DNA from: Daphnia carinata
Taxonomy: Eukaryota
DNA: 64,000 nt
Direction: 5' to 3'
NCBI RefSeq assembly: GCF_022539665.2
Contig: NC_081331.1
Coordinates: 3,472,001 to 3,536,000 of the forward strand
Shown: piece after piece, positions 27,028 to 42,797 of the stretch
Layout of the letters: each line of letters begins with the position of its first letter
Position numbering within the stretch: position 1 is the first letter of the stretch
Made by a program: the position numbers and the translations under genes
The notes under the pieces: generated by a model
What the model was told of the DNA's origin: nothing
The model's input: only the letters and a program-made list of their open reading frames with translations
The model's database searches: none

Positions 27028-28780
27028 GGCCACCTTCTTTTTGTCATTTCTACCTCAAGTCCAAGATCGAGTACAACACTAAAAAAGGAGAAAGTTTTGA
27101 ATTGATTTTCCGTATTTCTTCTCGACATTCCAGCACATCCAAAAGACATTCTATAAGCGTTTTTTTTTCTCTTCTTTTTGGCCTGTGCTTCTTGTTTGTT
27201 TTTTGCCTACATTACATGATAGGTTATTGTGTAACTTCGTCTGTCTAGTGGAGTCTTTTTTTTTTTTTTTTTTTTTTTTAAACGCCACAGTGGAAAACAA
27301 AAGAACAGCAGAGGGCAGCAGCAAAGCTCTTTGATAAGTGGCCACTTAACGTGATGAAGAAAGAGCAAAGAGAGTGCGAGAGAGGGAACAAGGAACGAGA
27401 CGAGAGGTAAATAGAAACAGAAGAAAGCTAACAAGATGAGCACTGTGTGCTATAGGCGGATATGTGTACGGCCAAACCAGTCGCTCGTCCTTCTCTTCTG
27501 TCGTTTTCTAATTCTTTCTGTATCGCGTACTGGCCTTGTATTTTCAACAAGAAATTACAATTAAGGGGGGAGTCCCCCGACAAATTAAAAAAAATCAAGC
27601 TTTTGATTTTGAAATGAAATTAGAAAGCAAAATTTGGCGTTTACTTTGTTTCGGGCTCGTATCGATGTGTCCTTTCAAAAATGATCTGAAACTCTTGTGA
27701 CACAGCGTTTGCCCCATCCCCCCTTATGTCAATGCGTATAGAGGAAGCTAGGACCTGTCATGTCTGTCGGGAGTAATTTCATGCCAACTGATTTTTTATT
27801 ATTTTTTTTTTTATGTGCATTAATGCAAACATAAAAATCGTTTTCTTTTCTTTCTTTCGAATCCAACTTCTTTTCTGCAGCTGTTGATTTAACGTCACAA
27901 TCGTCTCTATCTGACTACATACGCGACCACCTCAAATTCTAGTAGCGTGCAGAGATGCGTGACCGCTTGATTGGCCCTTTAAAACAACTCAACCTCAATG
28001 ACAACACAACTGCAAAAGGTCTCATCGACTGTCCTCTTATTCGTTTATCAATCCATCTCTCACTTGTTTCGACTACGCATCTGTTTGCATTTCCCTTTCC
28101 AGCCGCGTGCGTTCACGTCAATCGGAATGCGTCCGTTTTCCTCAATCTTACACATCCAAGTGTTTTGCTTCACTTAATTTTGTACGCAGCTATTGCCTTG
28201 ATTTCTTGGGGGTATCGTTTCATCTACTAGACAGTGACGCAAGAGTGACACATGGGTGAAAGAATTCAACTACTAAGGCAACAAGAGTCCGCAGACTAGG
28301 GCGTTAAGGGATTCCTTCTGATGATTATCGCTGTTCAGGTTTGTCAACACAGCCTCGTCCCAGTCTACCCCCCCCCCTCCCACACGAAAAATAATAAGAC
28401 AATTCAGAGGGTTGCGGTTAAACACTGGCAAATCGGAATTCAATCCGTCCTTTTTTCTTTTTTTTTTTCGTTGTTGTCGAACAACGTCAATGGATAAAAT
28501 CAAAACGTAAACAAAAATGAAAGGCGAGAATCGAAAGGGGAAAAAAAAAGCGTTTCCATTAATTATACAACAGTTGGAAAGCGCACAAGATCGTTGTGAA
28601 ATTGATCCATTTTTTTTTCTTCTAGATGGGGGTTGAGTGAGACTGTCACGTTTTGAGTCTCGGGACCGTGCGTGTCGTGCACGAATCTCTAATGCATAAT
28701 CAGCGCATTTTCTTGTGTATGTGTGTGTGTGTGTGCCTTGATTTTGTGATGTAGCCGACAGCGTAGAATTTCTGAAAGCC

Positions 28781-28815
<35 letters not shown>

Positions 28816-30780
28816 CATTTAACTCTTTTTGTTTCTTCCCATTGACGGTTTTCGACGATAGCTTGAAAATTTCTTTCCCATTTATCATTCAACGTGAAGG
28901 CCCTTTAAAAAGTGGAAAGACCGGGGGGGGGGGGGAACGACGACTCGAGTGACAGACTTGAGAGAGTGCTACAAACAGGGCAAGGCATAAAAATAAAAAC
29001 ATGAAACAAAAAGCCCAGCCCAACAAAGAAGAAACGGATAGATCCTTATTACTTTGTTTTTCCCTTTTTTATTTTCATCCCCTTATTCAATGGTTTGTTT
29101 TAATTTATTTTTCATTCATTCTTCTTTTAGTGTCGTGTGCCGTTGTGAAATGCCGATCGCGTGGTGCGCGAACGTCAAACAAAACAAGACGCGTGAAAAC
29201 GAGCCAATGAATTATGCAAAATAGCCGTTTTTGATGACCGCCGATGGCCTGAGAATGGGACAGTCAAGTAATAAAAGAGCTTCGAATCATCGTTATTGCT
29301 GGTGCCTATTGAAGTGGCAAACGCATGTAAGGAAAATGGCGACAAATCAAGAGGCCGAATTTCAATAGTTTGGCAATAAACAAAATATGCAAATAAAATT
29401 TAAAATGAAAATCGAGTTTAACAAACAAATAATAAACAATAAATGTTACTTTCATGACATTTTTCTTTGAGTCTTGTAAACTGACTCGTCATTGAAAACG
29501 GCCGTTTTGTTTTTCGCAGGAAATACACTTAACAGGAAGTGAATTCGACCGTCTTCTTTTACACCGGACCCCACGACACAAACGCACGGCCACTGTCGAA
29601 TGTTGACGCGCGTTTCGCTCCAATGTCAATGACGCATAACTGACAACTGCCTGACTACACAACAAATATCGGCTCGTTAGCGAAACATTTCAGAGTTCCG
29701 GTCGACGATTTTTGTTTCATTTAAATTAAAAAGGGGTGGAACATTATCGACAGCACACGCATACATATACACACACGAAATGGGGTTAGAAACGTTTTGG
29801 GAGATTTAACGAGGAACCTACGGGAGCAAGCGTAACCCTTTTTAATAGATGCTATAAGCTACCCTTAATAGCGAGAGGCCGTTTAAAACGTTCCAGTGGG
29901 TCGCTATGTGAGCCTCCTGCATACGAAGAAACTGCTGCTGCTGCTGCGTAATGAGTTTGGGGCAGCACGTTCTGACAGGTGAGCCCCTCACAAAATGCGC
30001 ATATTACAAGAATTTTTTTCCCCCCTTTTTCTGATGGTAACCTAGACACCAGGTACATACAACAGTCAGAGAGAAGAAAACAATGATAAAGAAAATATAT
30101 ACGTAAAAAAAAAAAGAGAGGGGAAAAAAATGTTTTAAGAATAACAAGAAAAACAAAAAGATTCTTGTTTTTTTTTTTTTTCGAGGCGTGTTCGAACGCA
30201 GACAACGTAAGGAACTAGGTCGGGTTCTTGAACGATTTAAATGTGTATGTTTGTTTTAAACGCGAGAATAATGACACGTCATTAAAGAAAATAGATACAC
30301 CGACAGAGAAAAAGCCGTGATTTACTGTGTATACCAATCGTTATTTACAATGCACGCAACAAAAAAGAAGAAGAAAAAAAACCCTGCCAAACTAGAAAAA
30401 CTCGTTCAGCGGTGTATTCTGAGAAGTTCGCACGCTACAGCGACGTTGAACGCTCATTAAAAAGAATCAAAAAAAAAAAAAAAAGAACGAAGAAAATAAA
30501 CGTATCCAAATTTAGACCTATTATTACCCAAGTACCGTCGTAATTAGTTTGGCACTATGAGAGAAAAAAAAAAAACGAAAAATCTTTGAAAGTCCCGCGG
30601 GACCAAGTCAAAATTGAAAGACAATAGGATATTTTTCAAATGTCTTTTTTCTCTTATTTGCGATTTAAAACAAAAAAGATGAACCCCCTTTTTTGTGCCT
30701 TTTCTTTCGTCAGTTGCAACATTTCCAACTGTTGAGCGATAACTAAACTGCGTGTTATCCAATGCGGCTTGCAGACAAGG

Positions 30781-30825
<45 letters not shown>

Positions 30826-33800
30826 AAAGCCGAACGGCTACGCACGCGCGTCTTTTTTTTTTCCCAACACGTCGGTTAAAAACAAGACGCTCTTTGCGCC
30901 TTCCCCCCTCACCACTCATTGATACGGAGGGGATATATGTGGGGGCGAAGTAGCGTCGGTGATGGGAACGTCGAAGAGAAAATAAAGAAATAAAAAAGAG
31001 AATGAGGCTGCTGTTGTGTCAGGTAAAAAAAAAAAGAAAAAAAAAAAAAAGAAGAGCGGCAGAAGTTCAGCCCTCGCCATGCACAGCTTGCAGCCATTAC
31101 TCAACGTCTTACATTGAAAAAAAAAAAAAAGAAAAGAAAAAGACGCAACAACAAAACGGTGTTGGAGATGCACAGCCCCATGCACCCCCCCCCCCCCCAG
31201 TTCGTCTACTTGAACGTGAATGGATATGAAGTCTTGCAGGGGAAGGGGGGGGGGGTTAGGATAGTAGAGGTGAAAAAGAGAAACGGACAGCTCCCGCTTA
31301 GCTTCAGACTCAAAGTCCTTTGACTTCTCTTTTTATTTTCCTTCTTTTCAGATTCTTGTTTGCCTCACCTTTAAACAAGAAGACAATACGGGACTAAAAA
31401 TATCTTGATGGCTTTATCGACACTCTTGACGGGCTTGACCCCGTCTGTACCCGTTAGAAGACAAAAAAAAAAATTATATATATATATTTATTGAAAGGGC
31501 TACGTGCGATGGGGACCAACTTATGGTAACCCAGACTCTGCCAGCGCGTTTTTTTCTCTTCTCAAAAAGTTTGGTCATAACTCAACAAACGGATACTTCT
31601 TTTGTGTGTGTGTGTGTGTGTGTCCATTTCCATGTGGAGCCGATAGACCCCATTTCTCAACTCATATAGTATGAGAGAAGAAGGTTTCGAGTTGACGACA
31701 CATAACAAAAGTGTTGTAGACGCCGTTGGAAATCTGGGGAAATCCACCCCCTTGCAACGGTAGAAAAAATAAAACAGACGAAATAGAGAATTCCAGAAAC
31801 GGTCATAAATTCATTTGGAAATATCACACAGAGTGAACAAAAAGAAGGGAAAAAAAAAAACGTGAACAAGGAACACCCTGAAAAAAGAAAAAAAAATGTC
31901 CTCCCCCACAAATTTGAATGCTCTTCACAACCCACACGAGTCTTGTGTGTCACGTATTCTATATCATTTCGAGATGTATTTTTGGGGGCGACTTTAAATC
32001 GGTAGGGACATCTATATACAGCCAACTTTCACCGTTTCTCTTTAAAAAAATAAAATAAAATAAAATAAACGCGTCCTATTATACGCAAGTGTTAAAAACA
32101 AAAATAAAAAGTTTAAAATGAGACGGTCGTTATGGTGTGGGCTGTTGTCGCGTTTGCTTTACAGCCGCACGGAAAACAACAGCACCCAAGAGATTATACC
32201 ATCGCTATATAAATCGAATGATGGATGACAATGGGTCCGTTTGTCACTCGGTTTAAAATTCCCGACACGCTGCAGCTTCACGCAATGTATCCCTCCCAGA
32301 ATACTGTATATACTGTATATATTTCTTTTTTTTTTGTTTCCCAATAGCAACTTAGAAAAAGGTCATGAAAAGTCATTGTGCGACAATGTCAGTCATCATT
32401 CCGCCCACTTCTTCACGACCAACGCAGTCAAACGAGAAGCAAAACAAAAGAAAGAAGAAGAAAAACCTGTCACGCGTTCCCGGTGATTGTCATCTGCGTT
32501 CAGGGGAAACAAAATGGATGGAGTAAGAGGGGATTGTTCGCCTCGCATTTTCCTCTTTTTGATTGGCCATATATGTCCAATCGCTAGCGTGAATCGCTCA
32601 GTGACAGGGGTCTAGGCAGCAGACGACACAAACTGCACGCGTGTCTGCACAACAACCGTGCCACACAAAGTATAATTTCTGTCGAATACATCATGCAAAT
32701 CGTACAAAGTTCCATCGACAGGATTAAAAAGCAAACATCGATTTGGTGAGTTTGCCAATCTGTCCAAACATGTTTCTCCATCCATCAAAATGGCGATTCA
32801 TGTGTCAATAACAATCGACAAATCATAAATACAAACAGGATATCGGTAATCCTGTTTTTTTTTTTTTAAATTTTACAAGGGCCAAGTATTTGTTGTCACG
32901 AACCGATCCCGCACTGCGGGAGTGTATGACTCAAAAAAAAAAAAAAAAAAAAAAAGACGGGCAGTAACTGCAAGTTGCCACATAAAAGTATATGGGCAGA
33001 ACGAAAAAAAAAACAAACAAACAAAATAAATACGGAGACACGGATGCAATTGGCTTTCGCGCTCCATCATGTTTTTGTTTTTCTATGGAAACGAATGTAG
33101 CCAATGTTCGGTATACGGCGGTCGCAAACAATAGCGCGTATAATAAATATATTTAAAAAAAAAAAAAAAGAAAAAAGAGAATAGAACAAGAAGAATCTAT
33201 TTGAATACAATAAATAAAAGATTCGCTCGTGACAATCTGTTGAGTCGGAGCATCTCGAAACGTACCACAAAAAAGGAGCATTGCGAGAAAAAGAATAATA
33301 AAAACAAGAAGACGAACCTAACCGCAGTCTCAAAGCATTTGGCATTGGCAATGACGCGGCGATAAGAAACAAGTCTGCACATTATAGAAACGACGTGGTT
33401 CTTTGTAGTGTCTCGTTATTCTTCTATCTCTTATCTCTTTTCTTCTTCTTCCTGATAGAATGAAATTCCGTCAGAACGGGGTACGCCAATGTGCGTTTCG
33501 AAAACAAACTATCGAATTGAGGAGAACAAAAGAGTTCTATTCTTGTGCCAGAAAAAAAAAAAAAAAAAAAGCCTATCTTTTTTTCTTTTTTCCTCCTCGA
33601 CTGTTAGTTGTGTATTTCCCGTTGTTGTTACACGCGCTTATTCAACATGCAGCCATCCAAAAAAAAAAAAAAAAAAAAAAAAGATTTTAGCTTCATTTTT
33701 TTTTTTAGGCAAAAAAAAACAAACAAAAAAACAAAAAACAAAACTGGCTAGTGGAACCAGACGACTTTGTGTTGCTGGCCATCAGTTTGTCTTTTCTATC

Positions 33801-35318
33801 TCTCGAAAAGAAAAGAGGTTCCCAGCTAAATCTTTGCTGTCCGTTTCTTGTTCATGAATCATTCTTCTTCTTCTCCCCATTCGATTCACGAATGATTAGG
33901 CATCTTGTAAATACCAGTAATATATAAATAAACTCTTTTTCTTTCTCTCTCTCGCTCAGCTGGACAAGACCTCAAAGCCAACCGGTCTTTTCCCATGTTT
34001 CTTATATAAGGAGACTGCACCTATTTGAGAAAAAAAAAATAAAATAAACGACATACTCGTCTTCTACTTATGAACTCTTTTCAGGATGCAAGTGGGCAAA
34101 TGTCTTGCTGAGAGCCACGCTTAGCCATTTCTTTTTTTTCCAAAAAATAAAACTTGCCAAGAGATTTAGTCTCGCTTACTGGAAGAGAAAAAAAAAAAAA
34201 AAAAGAACGCGCCAGACTTGACCCCATGTAATCAATAATCAAACAAGGATGTCTTTGACCTCTTCTGACGTCGCCAGTTGTTTCGTTTGACTTGTGCTTT
34301 CTTTTTTAAAAGCCAGAGAGAAACATGAGCTGTAATTTAAATGAGAAAAAGAAAAGGGAAAAAAAAAAAAATGTTTGCTGGTTATTACACGATACGTCTG
34401 CAATGGCGGCATTTTTGCGGCTGAAAAAAATGCCGCCGAGCAATTGAAGTCGGGAAACAGCCACTTGGCCGCCGTTGCCTTCGTGAAAAAGAGTTAGAAA
34501 GAGAAAATCCAAGTTGAGTTGCACAACTGGCGGTTTTGACGGGTGTTGAATACAACCACTCAAGATTCTTCACAAAAAACAAAAAAAAAAAAAAAGAAGG
34601 AAGGAAGGGGAGAAAAGAATCGAAAAACGGCTCCTCTTTGTTTTAGCCGACCCCCATCTCATTTTGACATGGTCTTGAAGATGCGACGACGGCCAAGAAA
34701 CCGGCCGGATCTGCGGGGCTACAGCCGTCTTACATCACAATCCTATTCATCTATCGTCAAGTGGCCGTCGAGATAGCCAACAACGACAAGGGAGGTGTCC
34801 AACGAGAAGATGTTCAAACTAGAGCACGTTACAAACATCGCACTCTTTAGATTATAAAAGAAGGAAACATCCCCTCTTTTCCTTTCTTTTTTTTTTGCGC
34901 ACGACAGATAAGCTGTTACACAAGACATTTTAGCTAACCAAAGAGACCTTGTCACGCAGATTGCAAGCTTATGTCATCGTTAAGTAGCACCCCATTTCCC
35001 TCCTTTCTGTCGATGCCATTCGTACAATCAAATAGGGTCGTCGCCGTCGTTCTTTTTTTTTTTTTTTTTTTTTATCAAAAGAAAATGGAACCGCCACGAA
35101 CGCTAAAAGCTTCCGATGGTTGTAGGGGAGTTACACACGACAAACATTCCACCCTTTCTTTTCTTCTTTCCGAGACCTTGGTCATGTAGGCATACACACA
35201 CACACACACACACACTCTCGGCTCATTGGCTGTGCGTACTTGTGTAACATAGAGCAGTTACACAGCCTTTTTAAAAGCACTCATTCTTTATTAGTTCCTT
35301 CATTCTTCTCCTCTCTTT

Positions 35319-35349
<31 letters not shown>

Positions 35350-38300
35350 TTCTTTTTTCCGTAACGATTGGAATCCTCTTTCACATTTGACCTCTCCTCC
35401 CATCTTTTTGCCCCCACCGTGCGCCAGCGTCCAAAAAGGCATGTAGTACAGCACACAAAACTCACGCACAACAAGCAACAATGACCAAATAAAGGGATAG
35501 AGCTTCAGATGGATGTCTTTATATCGTTTGACCGCCTTTTCTCCTACGTCCCTACAATTTTTTTTTTTTTTATCTTCAATTGTCTTTCTTTCTACTTATG
35601 GGTATGCATCAACATGCGCCAGTTCGAAAAAAGAAAAAGCAAGCTCGAGTTGTGAACAAAAAAGCGGAAAGAAAAAAAACCATTGAGTAGAACACAGCGC
35701 ATCAAATCGCTACGGGAATCGTGTTTTGTTTTTGTTTTGTTTTTTCGAGAAAACAAACACAAGTAACCGGCTTGAATCCATTAATCCAAAGAGGCTACAG
35801 CCAATGGCTATTATTACTATTATTTAAATAAGAAAAAAAACAAAAAAAAAACGAAAGGCCTACACGATACTGTTGTGGTCGAAATGGCAGTCACGGACGG
35901 AACCAAATAAAAGGGACATAAAATAGAGGGGAAATGTGTCGATTGCTATCTATCTTGTAGCTATATCTCAAGACGGCATAGTGAGTATAAAATAAATATT
36001 TCTGTTTTTCTTTTTTCCCTTTCCTTGCCTTCTTCAAGCTGGTACAACTGAAAAGTGAGAGTAGAAATGTGGAGAGGACCAGAAAGCATGCGGGTTTTAC
36101 TTTACGACTTTTGATTTAGACACTAAAGAAGCCCTATAGATACGAATCCCCTTGCATTTATTTACACATTTATTTATGTATATTTTATAGATGCCAACGC
36201 TTCAAAGTCAACAACATGCCACGAGATCTATGGCTTGCACGATTGACCGCGTCTACACAGCCCTCCCCTCCCCCCCTATACGAACGCAACCACAAACATA
36301 AATATATAAGAATATTTTAAAAAAAATAGCCTTTTTTTTTTTTTCAAAGGGCTTCGGTCAACAACAAAAAAGAGAGGGAAAAGAAAAAAAAAAATACGGA
36401 ACAAACGAAAGGAGTGGCCAGTGAGATTCGGATCAAAATGTTACTCATCTCTTCACTATGTCTGCGCTCATACAAAGAGGAATTTTATTTTTTTTTTTTT
36501 TGCTTCTGCCGCAAAATTCCAATATAAAAAAATATAAATCTCTCTATTTGCATAGGTATCGAGACAACACTTATGCGGGGATTGAAGGCTGAACGCGTGA
36601 GTCATACAAAAAAAAAAACTACATGGCTCACACACACACACACACACTCGGATAGGCTGGGTAGTTATACGATCGTAGCTTTCCCGCTCATCTGCCGGCC
36701 AATATTCCCGGCTTTTATTTCATTTTTTTTTTCTTCTTTTTGGCATCTTGCAGCATCTTTTGTGTTCACGATAGATACAAATAAAAAATTCTGCTCAACG
36801 TGGCGCCTCCCCCAACAACAACAACAAAAAAAAAAAAAAGAGGAGGTGGGTTTTCCCTCATCCTTAGTCAATACGTGTGTATAAATAATGGCAGACATAC
36901 ACACTTGATCTTCTTGTTTCCGAAAGGAGAACAAGCAGCAAAAAATAAAAAGAATGAAAAAAAAAAAAAAATTTTTCTTTCTTCGTCCAAGATGTTTTCG
37001 TCCTTTTTTTTTTTTTTTTTTCCTTTTTTTTTAAACAGATGCAAGCCACGAAAAGATGTTTTGATGTGCATTCGCCATATAAGACAAGCCGCTGCTTCTG
37101 CCACGTCTGTCCAGAAGAGCGTTTTGTGATGGGAGAAGGAAAGGAGGAAAAAAAAAAAATGAAATAAATGAAATTATGCGCATATTTAATTTGAAGCTGA
37201 CCAACAACCTGCGCCAATATTTATCGGCCAAAAGACAGCCAGTAATCTTTCTCTAGCTGCTCAGTTGGGTCTGTCGTCTTCGACGATGAATTATCGTACA
37301 TGGCCGAAGGCCATCAGGTACCAACTATTCGATTTTTTTTTTTGTTTTTTTTTTTTTTTGTTTTTTAAAGAAAAAGAATCCGATGATGACAAAACAAACT
37401 GGTGTTGTGCCAACGCTCCTGGGCAGTCCCCCGAAAAAAAAAACGACTTTAAGGCGACTTTGTTCGGTGTCAGCTTAGCTAATGAGCGATAAAGATCGGT
37501 ATGGTAATCATCGCTACTTCTTCATTAATCACGTCACGAAAGGACAAACCAAAAAGGTACGTGACTTTGGTTGTCCAGACGTAACAATCGTGGCCAGGGA
37601 ATCATTTATTTTTTGGGTAAAGAAAATCTTGAATTTATAATGTCTTTTTTTTTTTGGGGGGGGGGGGGGGGATCGAAGCGTTGAAGAGCGTAACAAATTT
37701 TGGTTGCACTACACAACTCGATTAACAATCATATTGATGATTCTTTTTTTTTTTTTTTTTTTTTTTTTTTTCCTTCTTCGTTTGCTGGGCGTCGTTATAG
37801 TACAGGGTCTACCCCCACCTTTGGTGGTCTACGAAATATTTTGTTATAGGCCGGCAGTCCCCTCTGCCGGAACAGCTGGGTGTCGGAACTATTAACATTT
37901 TTTTTTTTTTTTTTGGACTCGTCACGTCGCCGTGCCATTTCGAAACGCTGAGCCCTCCCATTTTTTGTGTTCTCCTTTTAATCCAGTTCAAATGTGAAAC
38001 AATCGTTTAAGCGCATTTTTTACATCGCGGAGCATTGTTGCCCATTTTTACCTGATCAACATTCTTTTTATTTGAACCGATCGTCTGACATGACCATATT
38101 CCTCGAATAACATTACGGTTCACGGGCCGTTATATGTTATCACCATACAACACGAAAAAAAAAAAACAACACACACATTTCCTCATTTTAAGTTGTTTTC
38201 AGTGCAAGTCTAAAAAAAAAGAAAAAAAAAAAAAAAGAAAAAAAAAAAGAAAACGGACAGTTTTGGTAATCCGCAGCCTGAAGCTAATAGAGCGACTGGG

Positions 38301-40190
38301 CGTCTGTCAAATCCAAAACGGACCCAACTGACTTTGTTTTTGTTTTGCTTTTTTTTTCCCTAAAAAAGACATAACGGCCAGCGAATAGAAGGAGAAAAAA
38401 AAAAAGGCATTCTTTAAATTTTATTTTGGCTTGCTCCTGCTATCTTTCAAGTCTGTGCGGTGCAAAGTGAAGGATGAAAAATCGAGTCGGAAAAAAAAGA
38501 AAAAATATGGGCACGAACGGAGATCGGGCAGACCCATCAGCACCAGAGAAGAAAAGGGTAAAACAAAAAGAAAGCTAAAAAGCCAAATGCTTTAAGTGAT
38601 GGGGCTTTGTCTCTTTCCGTTGCTACAATGTGTAGATTACGTAAGCGGTTGAAAGGTGAAACAGATGCTACAGATTCCCAACTCGACGCTCTTCCGATAT
38701 CATAATCATGAATCATCACAATTTTGTTTAAAAACAGAAATAGCCTCACAACAGTTGTCCCAATTTTGCCCGAATTGAAACAGACGGACTACATTCGCCT
38801 GTCGCTAGAGAAAAAAAAAAAAAAAAAAAGTACAAGCTGTAGTCCTTCAAAAATGGTGCTATTCATTCTATTCAATTTTTCTCGCACTTTTCAATAGAAC
38901 ACGTTAAGGAGAGAGGGGAGGAAAAAAAAAAAAAAAAAAAAAAAAAAGAGGGTCAACAATGTATGTCCAGTACGAAAGAGAAATGGACGCGCCGTCTGTC
39001 AAATGGCGGACGGAGCGACAGCCCATTCCAGCGGATTAAGCTCATATTCAAAGAGTAAAAACTGGCACGCTGGCGAGAGCGAGCACGCGTGAAAAATCCA
39101 GTTGGGAAAGTTCTTTTTTTTTTTTTTTCGGGGAGGAAACGGGTTGAAAATTTGAAAGATGGGGGAACCGGTTCTCTGCACATACATACACCCACGTTAT
39201 ACTGTATGCGGTACGTCATCGTGTAGAGTGTCCCACCTGCGTGTTTTTTTAACACAGGTATGCGCGCTGCATGTCACGATAGACAAGTCAAAAGCTCCCC
39301 TCCGCCCTCAAAGGTATTTTCTTGCCACGTAAATGGCAAGATTGAATAAAAGTAAAGGCAAAAAATTGAATGCAACATTTGTTTAACCTACGGAGAGAAA
39401 AAAAAAAAAAAAAAAAATTGGAAGTTGCGATGTCGACACGCTGTGTTGCTATAAAAAGAACCGAAACGGATACCCCCAAACAGCAGCACCGAACGAAGGG
39501 TGATAGGAGAACCGGTGTCGGGAGGAATGCGCCTGGGCTCTCATTTTTACACGTGTCACACGTTCAGCGTTTCAATGACGTCCATCGTGAAAAAAGAAGT
39601 TTTAAAAATAATAATAATAATCATAATAAAGAAATGGTCCATGGCGCGACTAATTCGAAAAAAAAAAAAAAAAAAGAAGAGCGGCGAATCCAATGTAAAT
39701 AATCTGCTTTTTCCAAGGGGAAAAATGAGGGGAAGGATTGAGAAAAGATCCCGACAATTTCTTAGGAAAAAAAAAATGTTTTATTGCGGCTGTTTTTGGG
39801 TGATGGCGATAAAATGTATACCCCACCTGTTTCCTTTAAAAAAAAAAAAAAAAAAAAAAAACATTTTTTTTTTTATTCAAACATTTTGATTTCCTAATGT
39901 TACGAGCGATATTAGAAAGTGTTTGGTCGCACACTTTGGACCGACCGCCGCGTGGCTGCCGCAACCGCAGATTTTTTTTTTAACGACCATCACGAAGGAA
40001 TGAGAGAGGAAATCCCTTCCGGACTGTCCCTTTTTTCCTTTCCTAAACCCAATACTTTTAGGCACACGCTCAACGCGCCATAAACGCTAAACGCGTGTGA
40101 CGGTTTTGATCCACGACATTAACGATGTGTCAGCAATCCCTACGCTTTTTTTTTTCACGCGCGTGTCAAAGTTTTCCTTCCATGTTTATC

Positions 40191-40221
<31 letters not shown>

Positions 40222-40612
40222 AAAAAAAAAAATACAAGGATGAGCTGCATAAACGAACACGAGCAAAGATTCCCAAAACAGCAGATCGTTACGTTAAAAA
40301 AAAAAAAATGGGCGGAAGATATCCGTTTTAAACGACTTGTTGGACGCGAACGAAAGCGACGAGACCGCACTGCACGATAAGCAGGTGCCAGTGACAGGGC
40401 GAAGGTCACTGGAACAGCCATTTACGATTGAAAATGGACCGAAACGGATGGACCACACAATTTCAGATAATAAAAACTTGTTAAAGAAAAACAAGAGGAT
40501 ATTGAGTTTAAGGGCGCGCGGAAAAAAAAAAAAAATAAAGATAATAGGGAGCCATAAAGTACCGCTCCGTCTCGACTCCCGAAAAAAGCAAAGATGGCGC
40601 TAACAGCCGAAT

Positions 40613-40649
<37 letters not shown>

Positions 40650-41481
40650 AAAACAAAACAAAAACTCACCAAGATCAAGATTAAGAGCAGCGACATCGTC
40701 CTCAGGGTGTTGGTCGTCAACGCCGAAGTGGCGGTGAACTTGCCGAACCAAATTCGTTTGCGAGTCGGTAGCAACGGTGACGCCATTCTTGTTTTTCACG
40801 CAAATTTTCACCTTTTATTTTTGTTTGATTTTTATTTTTGCTGTAGAAAATCACGAAAGTCTTGACGACAACGGGTTCAGAAAGTCAGGCAGTGTCTCGT
40901 TTAGCGCTATTTATAAACGTAGCACAGCAGTCGCAATCAAAACACGGGACAGGGGCGACGTAACTACCCCACTTTTCGTTTTCTTAAATAAATTTTGTTT
41001 CTCTTTTTTCTTTAAGAGAGGCGAAAGAATTCCAGCGCACGACGGGACGACACCCTTTTTTTTTTCTTCGTGTGTGCCTGTTGTTTCGTCAGGCTGAAGA
41101 AAACGCGTGCACAACACACAACCCCAATAACAGTCCCTCTTTTTTCTTTACTTTTTCAGAATTTCTTCTTTGAAAAAAGAAAGAAAAATTCTTTTTGAGA
41201 CTACAACAGTTGAATGTCGGTCCAAAGCTGGACACACACAGGTGATGGAAACACGATCCGTCCCGACGACGTTCACATAAGTACGTAAAGGGGGGAAAAA
41301 AAAAAAAAAAGGGGAACGAGCGCGGTTGATTCCAAACGATTTAGATCCTGGCCTTCATCATAAACAAATAGACACAGAGGAAAAAAAATAAAAATAAAAA
41401 TGGTAAAAATAAAAGGGAGAAATTTAAAGACATTACAACTAAGAGACGACAGCAAAACTTAAAAATCTACGACGACGATCA

Positions 41482-41512
<31 letters not shown>

Positions 41513-42761
41513 ATCCCCTGCTTGTCTTTCTCTTCTCGGGCTTTCGTCTTCATCTCATTCGTGTTACAACTATACGCAAGCGAATCGGATTCAATTTGAA
41601 AGCTGCTCGCAAATGAATTGATAAAAGGTAACGGCTCTTTCATTTTCGTTACATGTTTTCATAACAAAAAAAAAAGTGGTTGCCACGAAAAAATGATTGT
41701 GATCCCAATTGAACGAGAGAAAAAAAATAGAATAAAGTGAGGATAAGTCGATTCTCGTTTCTCTCTCAGGTCAACTCGTCCTTCCAACCAACCTCATCTT
41801 GCCCTTCGGGGCCAATAGATCAGATGGCTCCACTTCGTTCACTCGCTCGTTCGTTCGTTTGAACGATTATTATTTCTGCCTTTCTCACCCGAAAAACCAA
41901 AAGAAAAACTAAATTTAATGTAAAGAACAATTCTTTTCTGATGAACGGGTTTTTTTTTTTCTTTTTCTTTTTGTCTTCTTCCCTTTACACATCCTCCCTT
42001 TTCGTTCACCCGTAAAAAGTTTTCTGGGGCATTGCCCATGGCCCACTTTATTTTTGATTGTTTCTATAGCACCGGCCTTTCAATTCTTCTCGATTGATAG
42101 GCCTATCACGATGAGGTGGTAGGGTAAACGAGTGATGTGAGGAAAAACAAAAGAAAAACTTCCTCCGTATGTCTACAGTGAAAAAAAAAAAAAAAAGAAA
42201 AGAAAATCGACTCGAACTATTTATGATGGGGAAGCCCTCGGAGCTAAAGGATGATAACCCACTAGACAACGATTATTTCCTTTTTCCAAAAGGGAAGATG
42301 AAAAAAAAAAAAAATAATAAAAAAACAAAAACAAAACACGAACACACACCCAGAAAGTTCATCTCGTGAGGCCCCCACACACCACACACACACACACACA
42401 CCACAGAAAACCTAATAGAAGTCAATGAGGGGATGTTATAGCCGCAACACAACACGCAATAGCGCCAGGATAGGGACGACAGGGATAGGAGCAAGTGACG
42501 GGCGTGTTAGTCAGTGACAGCAAATAAAGAGGGAGAAAATGGGCTCCCTTCTATCTCTTTCTCTTTTCCCTTTTTTTTTTTTTCTTTTCTTTCGTTTTCT
42601 CTATTTTCTTGACACTGTACTAAATGAAGGTATTTTAGACACGAAGACAAAGGATAGTATCACGACGCGACTTGAGAAAAAAAAAATAAATAAAGAAGAA
42701 AAATGTCTTGAAAATCAAATCTTCCACTGTTAAACGACATCGAAAAGAAAATAAGAATGAA

Positions 42762-42797
<36 letters not shown>

